Positions 36,508 to 45,921 of a DNA stretch of 64,000 nucleotides are shown in pieces. Origin of the DNA: a virus (taxonomy: Duplodnaviria > Caudoviricetes); IMG/VR virus record IMGVR_UViG_3300033121_001713, positions 35,475-99,474 of that record. One strand, given 5' to 3'. Under the pieces are notes generated by a model, which saw only the letters and a list, made by a program, of their open reading frames with translations, ran no database searches and was not told the origin of the DNA. The translations under genes were made by a program, and so were the position numbers. Each line of letters begins with the position of its first letter. Within the stretch, counting starts at the first letter, position 1.

Positions 36508-37041
36508 ATGAAGCATCAAGTCGAGCGAGTGGAGCTTGAATCGAGCGAAGCTCCGATAAAGCTCTATGACATTTGGACTGTGCCACTTGGAGTGGTAGAG
36601 GAATTGAGGCTTTGGTGGATATGGCGTCGAGAGGTTCTCAAGCCTATCAACTCAAACAGGCTGAAGCATAACAAGCCAGAGATCAGGATCGACTGGCTTG
36701 GCAGGCTCTACACGGTCATCAATCTCCCAGAGGAACTCTATAGCGATGAGCATGCCTCGATGAGGCACCCCTATGTGGTAGATCAACTGAGTCAGATCAA
36801 CTTCCTTCTCATGGAGATGAGGTTGAACGACATGGTATACCCCGAGGTCATCGAGATCAGCGGCTCATTTTCCTATCTGGTGATCCTCACTCCATTCAAG
36901 GGAGAGTACCTCAATTGGGTTCGATGCCTTGGCTGGGCATTCAGGGCATGCATTTGGTTTGCCGCATGCTTCATCATGGAAAGGCTGAGCCTCAAGTTCA
37001 CGGGTAACGGCATTCTCCATCACATCAAGTCTATCTTCTGA
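36508..37041 (+). CDS. Hypothetical protein with C-terminal TM segment
   Basis: RIDWLGRLYTVINLPEE; hydrophobic C-terminus. Confidence 0.7.
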   Translation: MKHQVERVELESSEAPIKLYDIWTVPLGVVEELRLWWIWRREVLKPINSNRLKHNKPEIRIDWLGRLYTVINLPEELYSDEHASMRHPYVVDQLSQINFLLMEMRLNDMVYPEVIEISGSFSYLVILTPFKGEYLNWVRCLGWAFRACIWFAACFIMERLSLKFTGNGILHHIKSIF

Positions 37042-37787
37042 TGAGGCGTATCAATGGGATAGATGGCACTGGGCGTTATTACGTAGTAGATGAGTCAAGT
37101 GGCCTTGCGCTTCCTTCGGTGACGACCATCCTAGGCAAGATGTCGGAAAAGAAAGGCCTAGAGGAATGGAAGAAGAGGATGGGAGACGAGAAGGCCGCTC
37201 AAGTCTCTCGATTTTCCGCTAACCGAGGAACGTTCATGCACCTGATGCACGAAAAGACGCTCGATCTCAGGTTCAATCAAGGGCTGAAGGAAGGTGCCAT
37301 CAAACAGGCGTATGCAGAGGCCCTGGAAGAGACAAAGGACATGACGACGGAGGAGCAGGAATGCGGAAGAAGGCTCTTCTTCAACTTCTACTCTACCGAC
37401 TTCTACTCGCGCATCTCTCGTGTAGCCCTTCAGGAGAGTCCTGTCTGGTCATCGATTGGCGGTGGATACGCTGGAACGTTGGACCTTCTCGTGGAAGACG
37501 ATTTCGGTAACATAAAGCTCATAGACTTCAAGAGTTCCAAGAAACCGAAGAAGCGCGAATGGATCAGGAATTACGAGATGCAGGCCGCAGCGTATAGCGT
37601 AGCTTGTAACGAGAGGATGGGGATCTTTCCTAAGTCCGCCGAGATCTGGATCTCTTGTGAGACCGGAGAAGTCCAGGAATTCGTCATGTCTAGGGGCCAG
37701 TTGATGGATGCATTCAAGGAATTCCATGGCCTAGTCAAGGAGTATCACAAGAAGTTTCAGTCTCCTACGCCAACCTCGGCCACATGA
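37041..37787 (+). CDS. PD-(D/E)XK exonuclease (RecB/Cas4-like)
   Basis: LPSVTTIL, RGTFMH, YAGTLDL, LIDFKSS, QAAAYS. Confidence 0.9.
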   Translation: MRRINGIDGTGRYYVVDESSGLALPSVTTILGKMSEKKGLEEWKKRMGDEKAAQVSRFSANRGTFMHLMHEKTLDLRFNQGLKEGAIKQAYAEALEETKDMTTEEQECGRRLFFNFYSTDFYSRISRVALQESPVWSSIGGGYAGTLDLLVEDDFGNIKLIDFKSSKKPKKREWIRNYEMQAAAYSVACNERMGIFPKSAEIWISCETGEVQEFVMSRGQLMDAFKEFHGLVKEYHKKFQSPTPTSAT

Positions 37788-38458
37788 AGATCATCAAAGC
37801 ATCGAGCGTGAAGCCAGCACCTACCATTCCAAAGATCATCCATCAGATTTGGCTGGGCCCAAAGAAGATGCCAAGGAAGATGATCGATTCTTGGATCGAG
37901 AAGAATCCAACATGGCAACACTTGCTATGGACCGAAGAGACGCTTCGCGACCATCCGATCAGGAACAGGAGGCAATTCGATGAGATCGAGGAATGGGCTG
38001 GCAAGGCCGATATCCTACGGTATGAACTGCTGCTGGAGTTTGGAGGCTTCTTCTGTGACGCAGATTCCCTGTGTGTCAAGCCATTGGATGATTTCCTCAT
38101 TCAGAACGATTCGTTTGCGGTCTTTGAGAATGAGCAGGTGAGAGCTGGGCTAGTTGCAAACGGTTACATTGGGGCCACTAGAGGCAACAGGCTTATGCAA
38201 GCATTGGTGGATGGCATTTCGATCAAAGAGGTGTCACAGGCGAAGACCGGGAGGATGGCCTGGCAGAACGTTGGGCCTGTCTATTTCACCGAGACTATCA
38301 TGAGGCTATCGTATCCCATTGGGATATACCCTTCCTGGCTCTTCATCCCAGAACACTACACTGGGGCCAGGCATCCTAATCCAGGGCAGCCGTATTGTTA
38401 TCAGTTCTGGGGATCTACCAGGGAACTCAGCGACCCAACCTTCTACGAAAAACTATGA
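37784..38458 (+). CDS. Glycosyltransferase, GT32/OCH1-like (DxD)
   Basis: IPKIIHQIWLG, KADILRYELL..FGGFFCDAD, GPVYFT. Confidence 0.9.
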   Translation: MKIIKASSVKPAPTIPKIIHQIWLGPKKMPRKMIDSWIEKNPTWQHLLWTEETLRDHPIRNRRQFDEIEEWAGKADILRYELLLEFGGFFCDADSLCVKPLDDFLIQNDSFAVFENEQVRAGLVANGYIGATRGNRLMQALVDGISIKEVSQAKTGRMAWQNVGPVYFTETIMRLSYPIGIYPSWLFIPEHYTGARHPNPGQPYCYQFWGSTRELSDPTFYEKL

Positions 38459-39174
38459 GCGTCTCATTCCTCATCCCAGTCTATAGAGTCAATGTAGATT
38501 GGTTCAAGCAGGCTATGAAATCGGTCCAGGCGGAGATGATTTCCATCAATGAGCAATCTGTAGAAACGATCATAGTGAACGATGGATCCGATCAGGAAGA
38601 TCTTCTTGAGTATCTGGATTCTATCGAATCTGAACAGATCAAAGTGATTCACTCACCAGCGAACGTTGGAGTTGCTGGCGCATTGAACCTTGGGATAGGA
38701 TCGTGCTCTAACCGTCTCATCGCTAGGATGGACGCCGATGACATAATTCTCCCAGGCCGGCTCAGGAAGCAAATCCACTACATGGATACGAACCCAGAGG
38801 TTGCGGCCCTCTCGACTGGCCTCAATTACCTGATGTTTCATGAAGGGCAATGGGGAGTAGCCGAGCCACCAGTCATACATCCACCACGAGTGACAATCGA
38901 TCTAGCGAAGAGATCTCTGTGGTTCATGAATCATCCAACGGTGATGTTTCGTAAGAGCAAGCTCATTGAGGCTGGAATGTATGATGATTCCCTCAAGGGT
39001 TTCTCAGAAGACTACGAACTCTGGATCAGGATGCTAAGGCTGGGTATGCGGTTAGATAATCTCCAAGAATCCACGCTCCTGCTTCGTCTAAACCCAAGCA
39101 GCGCCACTAAGAGTTTCAATCAGGCGAATCACGATTTCTTACTGAAGACACAAGCGAGCCTCAATGATCTTTGA
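38455..39174 (+). CDS. Glycosyltransferase family 2
   Basis: VSFLIPVY, IIVNDGSD, IARMDADD, HPTVMFR, EDYELW. Confidence 0.92.
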   Translation: MSVSFLIPVYRVNVDWFKQAMKSVQAEMISINEQSVETIIVNDGSDQEDLLEYLDSIESEQIKVIHSPANVGVAGALNLGIGSCSNRLIARMDADDIILPGRLRKQIHYMDTNPEVAALSTGLNYLMFHEGQWGVAEPPVIHPPRVTIDLAKRSLWFMNHPTVMFRKSKLIEAGMYDDSLKGFSEDYELWIRMLRLGMRLDNLQESTLLLRLNPSSATKSFNQANHDFLLKTQASLNDL

Positions 39175-40000
39175 TCTAGCCGACTCCTCATTTGCGCATT
39201 GCGCGTATAGCAACAATCCGACTCCTCCTCTCCAGGAACCCAAGGAACTCAGGTGGAATAGGGATCTGTCGAACCCAAAATCGGATGCCATCTTCATAAC
39301 TGATCATGCAATCCCTCAGTTAGCTGGATTGCAAGGCCGACGAAAGATAGCGTGGCTGCTCGAGCCCATGGAGATCAATTCTGGTCTCTATCAGTGGGTG
39401 AGGCAGAATCATGCTAACTTCTTCGCTGTGATGTCACACGACATCGAGTATTTTTCCGATCTGCCAAATTACCTGTGGGTGCCTTTCGGTGGGTGCTGGA
39501 TCCCGAAGGATCAGTGGGGATATAGTGGCGATAGGAGTGGCGTGTCGATAGTCGCCTCGGAGAAGAGGATGACATTGGGCCACTGTCTTCGCCATCAGAT
39601 CATCCAGTCTGCAAAATCGCAGGGCCTCGACTTGAAGTGCTATGGGCGAGCCTATCGACGAGTCGAACACAAGATTGAGACGATGGATCGAGGCTTTCAG
39701 GTCGTGATAGAGAATGCGAGCCGAAATGGCTATTTCACCGAGAAACTGATCGACTGCCTTGTCACGGGAACGGTGCCTATCTACTGGGGGTGCCCTAATC
39801 TGGAGGAATATGGCTTCGACGAAAAAGGCATAGTGAGAGTATCAAACGAACTAGAGGCTATCGAAGCCATCAGGCGCTGCTCGGAAGCAGAGCCGGTGGA
39901 TTTCGCTGCCTCGATCACGAACAACATGAACGCGGCCAGGAAATTCATCCTCGCCGAGGATTACATCCATGAACATTACCTCGAATTGTTAAGCAAATGA
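39164..40000 (+). CDS. Glycosyltransferase family 10-like (alpha-1,3/4-fucosyltransferase fold)
   Basis: FQVVIEN...YFTEKLIDCL..GTVPIYWG. Confidence 0.82.
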   Translation: MIFDLADSSFAHCAYSNNPTPPLQEPKELRWNRDLSNPKSDAIFITDHAIPQLAGLQGRRKIAWLLEPMEINSGLYQWVRQNHANFFAVMSHDIEYFSDLPNYLWVPFGGCWIPKDQWGYSGDRSGVSIVASEKRMTLGHCLRHQIIQSAKSQGLDLKCYGRAYRRVEHKIETMDRGFQVVIENASRNGYFTEKLIDCLVTGTVPIYWGCPNLEEYGFDEKGIVRVSNELEAIEAIRRCSEAEPVDFAASITNNMNAARKFILAEDYIHEHYLELLSK

Positions 40001-40698
40001 GCGAAGAGACACAGCAACCAAACGTCGATCATTACAAGATGATCGAGGAGGATCCAATGTCGGTCATGACACCGATGCACGGTCCCATCGACACTTCCAT
40101 TAGGCAGCAGATCGACGAGTATTTCGGCCAAGGAGGCGATGCCAAGAGATACGATTACCCCGAGCTGACGCCGGACTCGATCGTCTTCGACGTTGGTGCC
40201 TTTGAGGGCGAATTCGCTCAGAGGATCCATGACAAGTACGGATCTTTCGTCTACATGTTCGAGATCGCTCCAGAGTTCATCGATACGCTTAACAAGCGGT
40301 ATGGCGATCACGAAAAGATCTGGATCTTCCAGCATGGACTAGGCCATGAGGCAGGGAGTTTCAGCCTTCGAAGAGCAGCGAACGCCACCACCATCCATGC
40401 GCAAGAAGAGGATGGCGAAGCGGAGATCAAGAAGCTCTCAGCGTTCATGGAATCCGAGATGGATGGAAAGGACGTAGATCTCATCAAGATCAACATCGAG
40501 GGCCCAGAATACGATCTGGTCGATCACATCCTAGATAGCGGACTCATCAAGAGGTTCAAGAACCTTCAGGTCCAATTCCACAACTTCGTGCCAGATGCCG
40601 GCAAGCGGTTGCTCGCGATCAGGAAGAGGCTGAAGGAGACCCACGATATGACTTGGTCGTTCGATTTTGTGTTTGAGAATTGGAAGCTTCGAGAGTGA
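39997..40698 (+). CDS. FkbM-family methyltransferase
   Basis: VFDVGAFEG, VDLIKINIEGPEY, QVQFH. Confidence 0.9.
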   Translation: MSEETQQPNVDHYKMIEEDPMSVMTPMHGPIDTSIRQQIDEYFGQGGDAKRYDYPELTPDSIVFDVGAFEGEFAQRIHDKYGSFVYMFEIAPEFIDTLNKRYGDHEKIWIFQHGLGHEAGSFSLRRAANATTIHAQEEDGEAEIKKLSAFMESEMDGKDVDLIKINIEGPEYDLVDHILDSGLIKRFKNLQVQFHNFVPDAGKRLLAIRKRLKETHDMTWSFDFVFENWKLRE

Positions 40699-41270
40699 AC
40701 TTCTGTGTCTACTTGCACGTCCATCACGATGTCGGCTATCCGATCATTTTCTACGTCGGCAAGGGATCTAGAAAACGCTCTACTCTTCGCCAAAGCCGAA
40801 ATGTTCTTTGGAAGCGTATCGTAGCTAAGCATGGCTTCGAGACAATCATTCATCGAGATAATCTGTCCGAAGCCGAAGCTCACCGGATTGAGAGAGATCT
40901 GATTCGATCGATTGGTCGTCGAGATCTCGGAACAGGTCCGTTGTGTAACTTCACTGAAGGAGGAGAGGGATCTAGCGGACGACAGCTTTCGGAGGAATCC
41001 AGGAAGAAGATGTCAATTGCTAAGCGAGGGAAGAAGCTCTCAGACGCTCATCGAGCCAAATTGAAGCATCTTCGTTCTGATCCCGCATATCGACAGAAGC
41101 TTTCAGTTATCAAAAGATCCGATCCAGAATCTAGGAGCAGAGCGATCGATGCATTGAAGAAAGCAAGGTCCGCTCGATCTCCATTTCATCGCCCGGAAAC
41201 GATTGAGAAGATGAAGAAGTCGTCTAAGGAAAGAACCAGAATCAATGGAAGATTTGCCAAAGAAAGCTGA
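40695..41270 (+). mobile_element. Free-standing GIY-YIG-like/NUMOD3 homing endonuclease inside the sugar cluster
   Basis: FCVYLH...FYVGKG...NFTEGGEG; SEESRKKMS repeats; GTG start overlaps the upstream stop. Confidence 0.87.
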
Positions 41271-42378
41271 GAAGATCCTGGTAACTGGAGGTTCCGGTCT
41301 AGTTGCGCATCACCTGAAGCCGCTGCTCCCTGACGCAACGTACGTCTCGAGCAAGGACCATGATCTCACTGAGAAGAGCCACTGCGATCGACTGTTAAAC
41401 CAGGGTTGGGATCGCATCATCCACCTGCCCGCGAGGGTAGGTGGGATCCTGGACAACCAGGCTCGCCCGCTCGATTACCTCGAGGAGAACATCCTCATGA
41501 ACACTTACTTCCTTCGCAAGGCTAGGAAGATGAGAGTGAAAAGGCTGACTGCCATGCTCTCCTCGTGCATCTATCCGATCAACTGGCACGAGTATCCGAT
41601 GCGAGAGGATGTCATCTTCAAGGGAGAGCCTAGCAAATCGAACTATGGATATGCTATTGCCAAGAGGGCGCTCGGCATCCAGGTAGATATGTGCAACGAT
41701 GGCTTCCAGAAGTCTCGAGATCTACGCGACAATGCATGCCACTGGAATTACTTGATCGCATGCAACCTCTATGGAGAAGGAGACAAGGATGGCCATGCCC
41801 AGAGCCACTTCATCACAGCCCTGATAAGGAAGATCTACGATGCCAATCTCTGTGGATCTGGCTTCATCAACCTCTTAGGCGATGGAACGCCTATGCGTCA
41901 GTTCATGCATGCTAAAGATCTGGCCATGGCTATCAAGCGGATGATCGATGAGGACATCACAGAATCGTTCAACGTCACCGTTCCTGAGAACTACACGATC
42001 AGGGACATGGCAGAGATTGGCCTTATGGCCACGGGATCGGGGCATTTGAAGGTTCAATTTGATGAGTCCGAAGCAGAGGCCAAGTTCCGAAACGGCGAGC
42101 ATCGCAAGGACATCAGTAACGAAAAAATGATGTCGTTGATGCCAGGATTCGAGTTCACGAGTCTGGCAGACGGCATAAGAGCCGCGTATGAAGACCTCCA
42201 ACGAATTTGGAAAGAAGGACGTCGACCAGAGAGGACTCTCGACAGCGTCCATAGTGAAGGATTTCGAGGACGGCGGGTTCATCAGAACCTGGTCGATCCA
42301 TATCCCGCCGGAGACGACGGAGGAGTTGAGGAAGACCTTCGAGACGAAATGGATCAACACAGGGAAGAAGGAGCGTGA
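41245..42378 (+). CDS. fcl: GDP-L-fucose synthase-family epimerase/reductase with C-terminal extension
   Basis: ILVTGGSGLV, ARVGGI, LSSCIYP, YAIAKR, NLYG, GDGTPMRQFMH. Confidence 0.88.
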   Translation: MEDLPKKAEKILVTGGSGLVAHHLKPLLPDATYVSSKDHDLTEKSHCDRLLNQGWDRIIHLPARVGGILDNQARPLDYLEENILMNTYFLRKARKMRVKRLTAMLSSCIYPINWHEYPMREDVIFKGEPSKSNYGYAIAKRALGIQVDMCNDGFQKSRDLRDNACHWNYLIACNLYGEGDKDGHAQSHFITALIRKIYDANLCGSGFINLLGDGTPMRQFMHAKDLAMAIKRMIDEDITESFNVTVPENYTIRDMAEIGLMATGSGHLKVQFDESEAEAKFRNGEHRKDISNEKMMSLMPGFEFTSLADGIRAAYEDLQRIWKEGRRPERTLDSVHSEGFRGRRVHQNLVDPYPAGDDGGVEEDLRDEMDQHREEGA

Positions 42379-43390
42379 GTTCAGGCAGAAAGCGGCCTCG
42401 AGGTTCGGCGCTCAGCATGTAGTCGCTTGTAATAGCGGCACATCGGCCCTAGTAGCAGCCCTCAAGTCTATCGGTGTAGGTCCTGGAGACGAGGTGATCT
42501 CGACTCCTTACACTTTCATCGCAACAAACACATCGATCCTTGAGGTCGGTGCAAAGCCGGTCTTCGCTGACATCAATTACTCGACCCTTAACCTGGATCC
42601 AGAATCGGTCAGGTCAAGGATAACCCCAAGGACCAAGGCTATCATCTGTGTTCATTTTGGCGGCTTGCCGGTCGACCTAGATCGAATGAGGGCGGTGGCC
42701 AAGGAACATGGGCTTCCATTGATAGAAGATTCCGCGCATGCGATGGGATCCGCTTACAAGGGAGACCCGATAGGAGCTAAGGGCGACTATGTCACATTCT
42801 CATTCCAGGTCGTCAAGATCGTTACCTGTGGAGACGGTGGATTGATCTGTACTGATGATCCGGAGTCTTACAAACGGCTCAAGCGTTTCGTGTGGTATGG
42901 GATCGACAGGGAGAACAAGGTGGCCGATCCGCTCGACCCTTTGCCAAATGACATCACGGAGCTCGGTCTGAAGGCGAACATGAATGATATCACTGCGACG
43001 ATCGCATGCGTTGCGATGGATAACCTCGATCGCCAGCTGGAAGTGAGAAAAACGGTCGGAGAGAGGTATCGAAAGGACTTAGCTGGGTTGAATAAACTCA
43101 CATTGCTAGACTACGGTCCCAGCGACGTCTACCAACCGAACTATCAGATCTTTCCAGTCCATGTCTCTGATAGAGACGGCTTCGCTAAGTTCATGTTCTC
43201 ACGTGGAATACAGGTGAACGTTAACAATCGGCGAAACGACCGGTATACGATCTTTGGCGGACTGAGAGATGATTTGCCTAACGCTGCAAGGGCAGATCTT
43301 GACACCATACTCCTTCCTTGCCATGGGGATCTCTCCGAGGCCGACATGGATAGGATCATCTCGTCAATTAAGGAGTTCGATGCCATCTGA
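42188..43390 (+). CDS. DegT/DnrJ/EryC1 PLP-dependent sugar aminotransferase
   Basis: NSGTSAL, GPGDEVI, IEDSAHAMG, FSFQVVKIVTCGDGG (PLP Lys present). Confidence 0.92.
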   Translation: MKTSNEFGKKDVDQRGLSTASIVKDFEDGGFIRTWSIHIPPETTEELRKTFETKWINTGKKEREFRQKAASRFGAQHVVACNSGTSALVAALKSIGVGPGDEVISTPYTFIATNTSILEVGAKPVFADINYSTLNLDPESVRSRITPRTKAIICVHFGGLPVDLDRMRAVAKEHGLPLIEDSAHAMGSAYKGDPIGAKGDYVTFSFQVVKIVTCGDGGLICTDDPESYKRLKRFVWYGIDRENKVADPLDPLPNDITELGLKANMNDITATIACVAMDNLDRQLEVRKTVGERYRKDLAGLNKLTLLDYGPSDVYQPNYQIFPVHVSDRDGFAKFMFSRGIQVNVNNRRNDRYTIFGGLRDDLPNAARADLDTILLPCHGDLSEADMDRIISSIKEFDAI

Positions 43391-44156
43391 TTTCCTGGAT
43401 AGCGAATTCACTATCATCGGCAAGGATGGTTTCGTAGGATCGACCCTGATGAAAGGGCTGCCAGGAGCAAATGGATTCGGCTCTAAGGACTCCCATCTGG
43501 CACCATCCATGCCGCATGGCAATGTTGTTATCTGTGGAGCCAGAGGATCCAAATTCGCTGCTAACCAGGACCCAAGAAAGGATGCCCTCGAGATCGCTGA
43601 GCTCTTCTTGACAGTCTCTGACCTTCGACGATACAAGAGGATCATACTAGTCTCCACCATCGATGTCTACGGATCCAAGCATTCGAGGCACGAGGGAGAT
43701 ATCAGGGATGCAGAGACTCCTTATGGGATCCACAGGAGAGAGCTGGAGGATCTGTTGCTAGATCGATTTGACGATAAGTTGTTCATTGTCAGGTTGCCAT
43801 CGATCTTCGGTCCAGGGATGAAGAAGAATCTCCTCTTTGACCTGATCAATAGAAGGCCGATTGGACCGATAAACATCGCTTCGGAGCAACAGTGGTATGA
43901 CATGAGAGATTTCAGCTCTGATCTGATTTTCATGATCAGATCAGGATATAAAGAGCTGAACCTCTTCACGGAGCCAATGACAAACGGCGAACTGTTATCG
44001 ATGTTTGCCGGCATCCAGCACGAGGTCATATTTGATCCGAAGGCAGCAAAGATGTACGATCACAGAACGACATCGACCAAATCTGGATATTGGCAAAGCA
44101 AAGAAGCAGTATCATCAAAGATCATGGACTTCATCAAACCCGGCCAAACCGAATGA
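43380..44156 (+). CDS. NAD-dependent epimerase/dehydratase
   Basis: IIGKDGFVGS, STIDVY, YGIHRRELE, IVRLPSIFG. Confidence 0.85.
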   Translation: MPSDFLDSEFTIIGKDGFVGSTLMKGLPGANGFGSKDSHLAPSMPHGNVVICGARGSKFAANQDPRKDALEIAELFLTVSDLRRYKRIILVSTIDVYGSKHSRHEGDIRDAETPYGIHRRELEDLLLDRFDDKLFIVRLPSIFGPGMKKNLLFDLINRRPIGPINIASEQQWYDMRDFSSDLIFMIRSGYKELNLFTEPMTNGELLSMFAGIQHEVIFDPKAAKMYDHRTTSTKSGYWQSKEAVSSKIMDFIKPGQTE

Positions 44157-44998
44157 TCTCTGCTAGCCTCCTGGGTGGAATGGGCAATAACCTGTTCCAG
44201 ATAGCCAACGCCCTCGCCAGGGCTAAGGAAGCGAATTGCGACGTCAGGATCCCGAAGACAGTCGAGCGTTACCATTTTGGGCCACTGAACGGTTCCTTGG
44301 AAGTTGAGCTCGAAAGGATCTTCGCTGACACCTCTTACCTCAGGGACCTGGAGCCAGCCAGCCAGTGGGTAGGCAATTGGCGGACTTACACCCACCAGGA
44401 CATGGCTGGTGGATTCTTTGGTTATTCTAAGCCAGCTCTTCCTGGACCAGGAGAGGACCTGTGTTACGTTGGATACTTTCAATCACACAAGTATTTCGAT
44501 GGCCTCGAACGAGGTTGGCTTGGTCTTCGGCCTGACCTCCATGAGAAGGTCCTCAATCTCCATAGGCCTCATCCGAAAGATAGCATCGCGATACACTGGC
44601 GAGCAGGCGGAGATAGGAACAGGGCAGACACTTTGCCGTACCATCCAGTGGTGTCGATGGATTTCTATCGGCGTTCGATCGAGCTGATCAAAGGCAAAGC
44701 CGAAATAGCCAACCCATCGATCTACGTGATCAGCCAAGCTCCTGGATCCGTCGTAATGGAGAACTTTGGGAAGCTAGCAGATGATGTCGTTCACGTCGAT
44801 TCGAGCGTAGAGGATTCTTTCGCACTGATGGCGCTCTGTGCGCATGTTATCATTGGGAATTCGACTTTCTCTTGGTGGGGAGCGATGGCAAGCGAAATGA
44901 ATCCGATCGTTGTGGCTCCAAAGACTGAGTGGTTTGGGCCCAGCAACTCTCATCTCTATAAGGAAGACCTCTTTCCAGAAAATTGGATTTGCCTATGA
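44153..44998 (+). CDS. Glycosyltransferase family 11 (alpha-1,2-fucosyl/colitosyltransferase)
   Basis: GGMGNNLFQ, GYFQS.KYF, AIHWRAGGD, NSTFSWWGA, LFPENW. Confidence 0.9.
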   Translation: MISASLLGGMGNNLFQIANALARAKEANCDVRIPKTVERYHFGPLNGSLEVELERIFADTSYLRDLEPASQWVGNWRTYTHQDMAGGFFGYSKPALPGPGEDLCYVGYFQSHKYFDGLERGWLGLRPDLHEKVLNLHRPHPKDSIAIHWRAGGDRNRADTLPYHPVVSMDFYRRSIELIKGKAEIANPSIYVISQAPGSVVMENFGKLADDVVHVDSSVEDSFALMALCAHVIIGNSTFSWWGAMASEMNPIVVAPKTEWFGPSNSHLYKEDLFPENWICL

Positions 44999-45921
44999 GA
45001 GTCCTTATCATCGGATCCGGCTTCATGGGATCCCATCTCAGGTCGATGTTCGAGATCGATGGCTCGTATGAGACTGAAGTTGTCAGCCGAAAGAGTGGCA
45101 TAGACCTCACATCCATCGAATCGACTCGCTTGTGTTTTTCTAGGTTCAAACCGGAGATCATAATCAATGCTGCTGCTCATGTTGGCAACCTGAATTACGT
45201 TTCGGAGAACGCGGCTCAAGTGTGCCACGATAACTCCATGATGTTCATAAATCTCTACAAAGCGGCTTCGATTGAATGTAGAGACGCCGTGATCATCAAT
45301 CCATTGGCCAATTGTTCTTATCCTGGCAAAGTAGACATCCAGAAAGAGGCGAATTGGTGGGATGGCAGGCTCCACATATCGGTGGAGCCATATGGTATCT
45401 CCAAGAAACTAGGGTTCGTCCTGGCGAGCAGCTATTTCAGGAGTTATCAGATGCGCTCCATCAATCTCCTGATGCCTAATGCGTATGGGCCCATGGATTC
45501 CATCGACCCAAACCACACGCATGCCCTGAATGGCCTGATCATCAGGATGATGATAGCCAAGAGGAACGGTGATAGGAAATTCACAGTTTGGGGAACTGGA
45601 AGGCCCATAAGAGAGTGGATCTACATGGGAGACATGGCAAGGGTCATCAAGACGATCGTAGATGAGAGGATCCTCTTCAATGACATCTCGCCCATGAACG
45701 TGAGCGCGAATAATGCCATATCGGTCTCTGAATTGGCAGAAATGGTAAGGTCGACGTTGGATTTTGAAGCGGAGATCGTTTTTGACTCTTCTTACCAGGA
45801 CGGTGCCCCAGTCAAGATCATGAGCAACGCGATCTTCAGGCATTACTTTAAGGGCTTCGATTTCACTGGATTGCGCGATGGCATAGGACGCACAATCGGA
45901 TATTACCAGGGAAAGATATGA
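44995..45921 (+). CDS. Second Fcl-family epimerase/reductase (ColC/GDP-colitose synthase candidate)
   Basis: IIGSGFMG, AAHVG, NCSYP, YGISKK, NAYGP, VWGTGRPIREW. Confidence 0.8.
   Translation: MRVLIIGSGFMGSHLRSMFEIDGSYETEVVSRKSGIDLTSIESTRLCFSRFKPEIIINAAAHVGNLNYVSENAAQVCHDNSMMFINLYKAASIECRDAVIINPLANCSYPGKVDIQKEANWWDGRLHISVEPYGISKKLGFVLASSYFRSYQMRSINLLMPNAYGPMDSIDPNHTHALNGLIIRMMIAKRNGDRKFTVWGTGRPIREWIYMGDMARVIKTIVDERILFNDISPMNVSANNAISVSELAEMVRSTLDFEAEIVFDSSYQDGAPVKIMSNAIFRHYFKGFDFTGLRDGIGRTIGYYQGKI

Noticed and set aside
37041-37787. Cas4-like nuclease as part of a CRISPR system
   Set aside because: No array or other cas genes, and no Fe-S cysteine pattern; this is a common stand-alone phage exonuclease.
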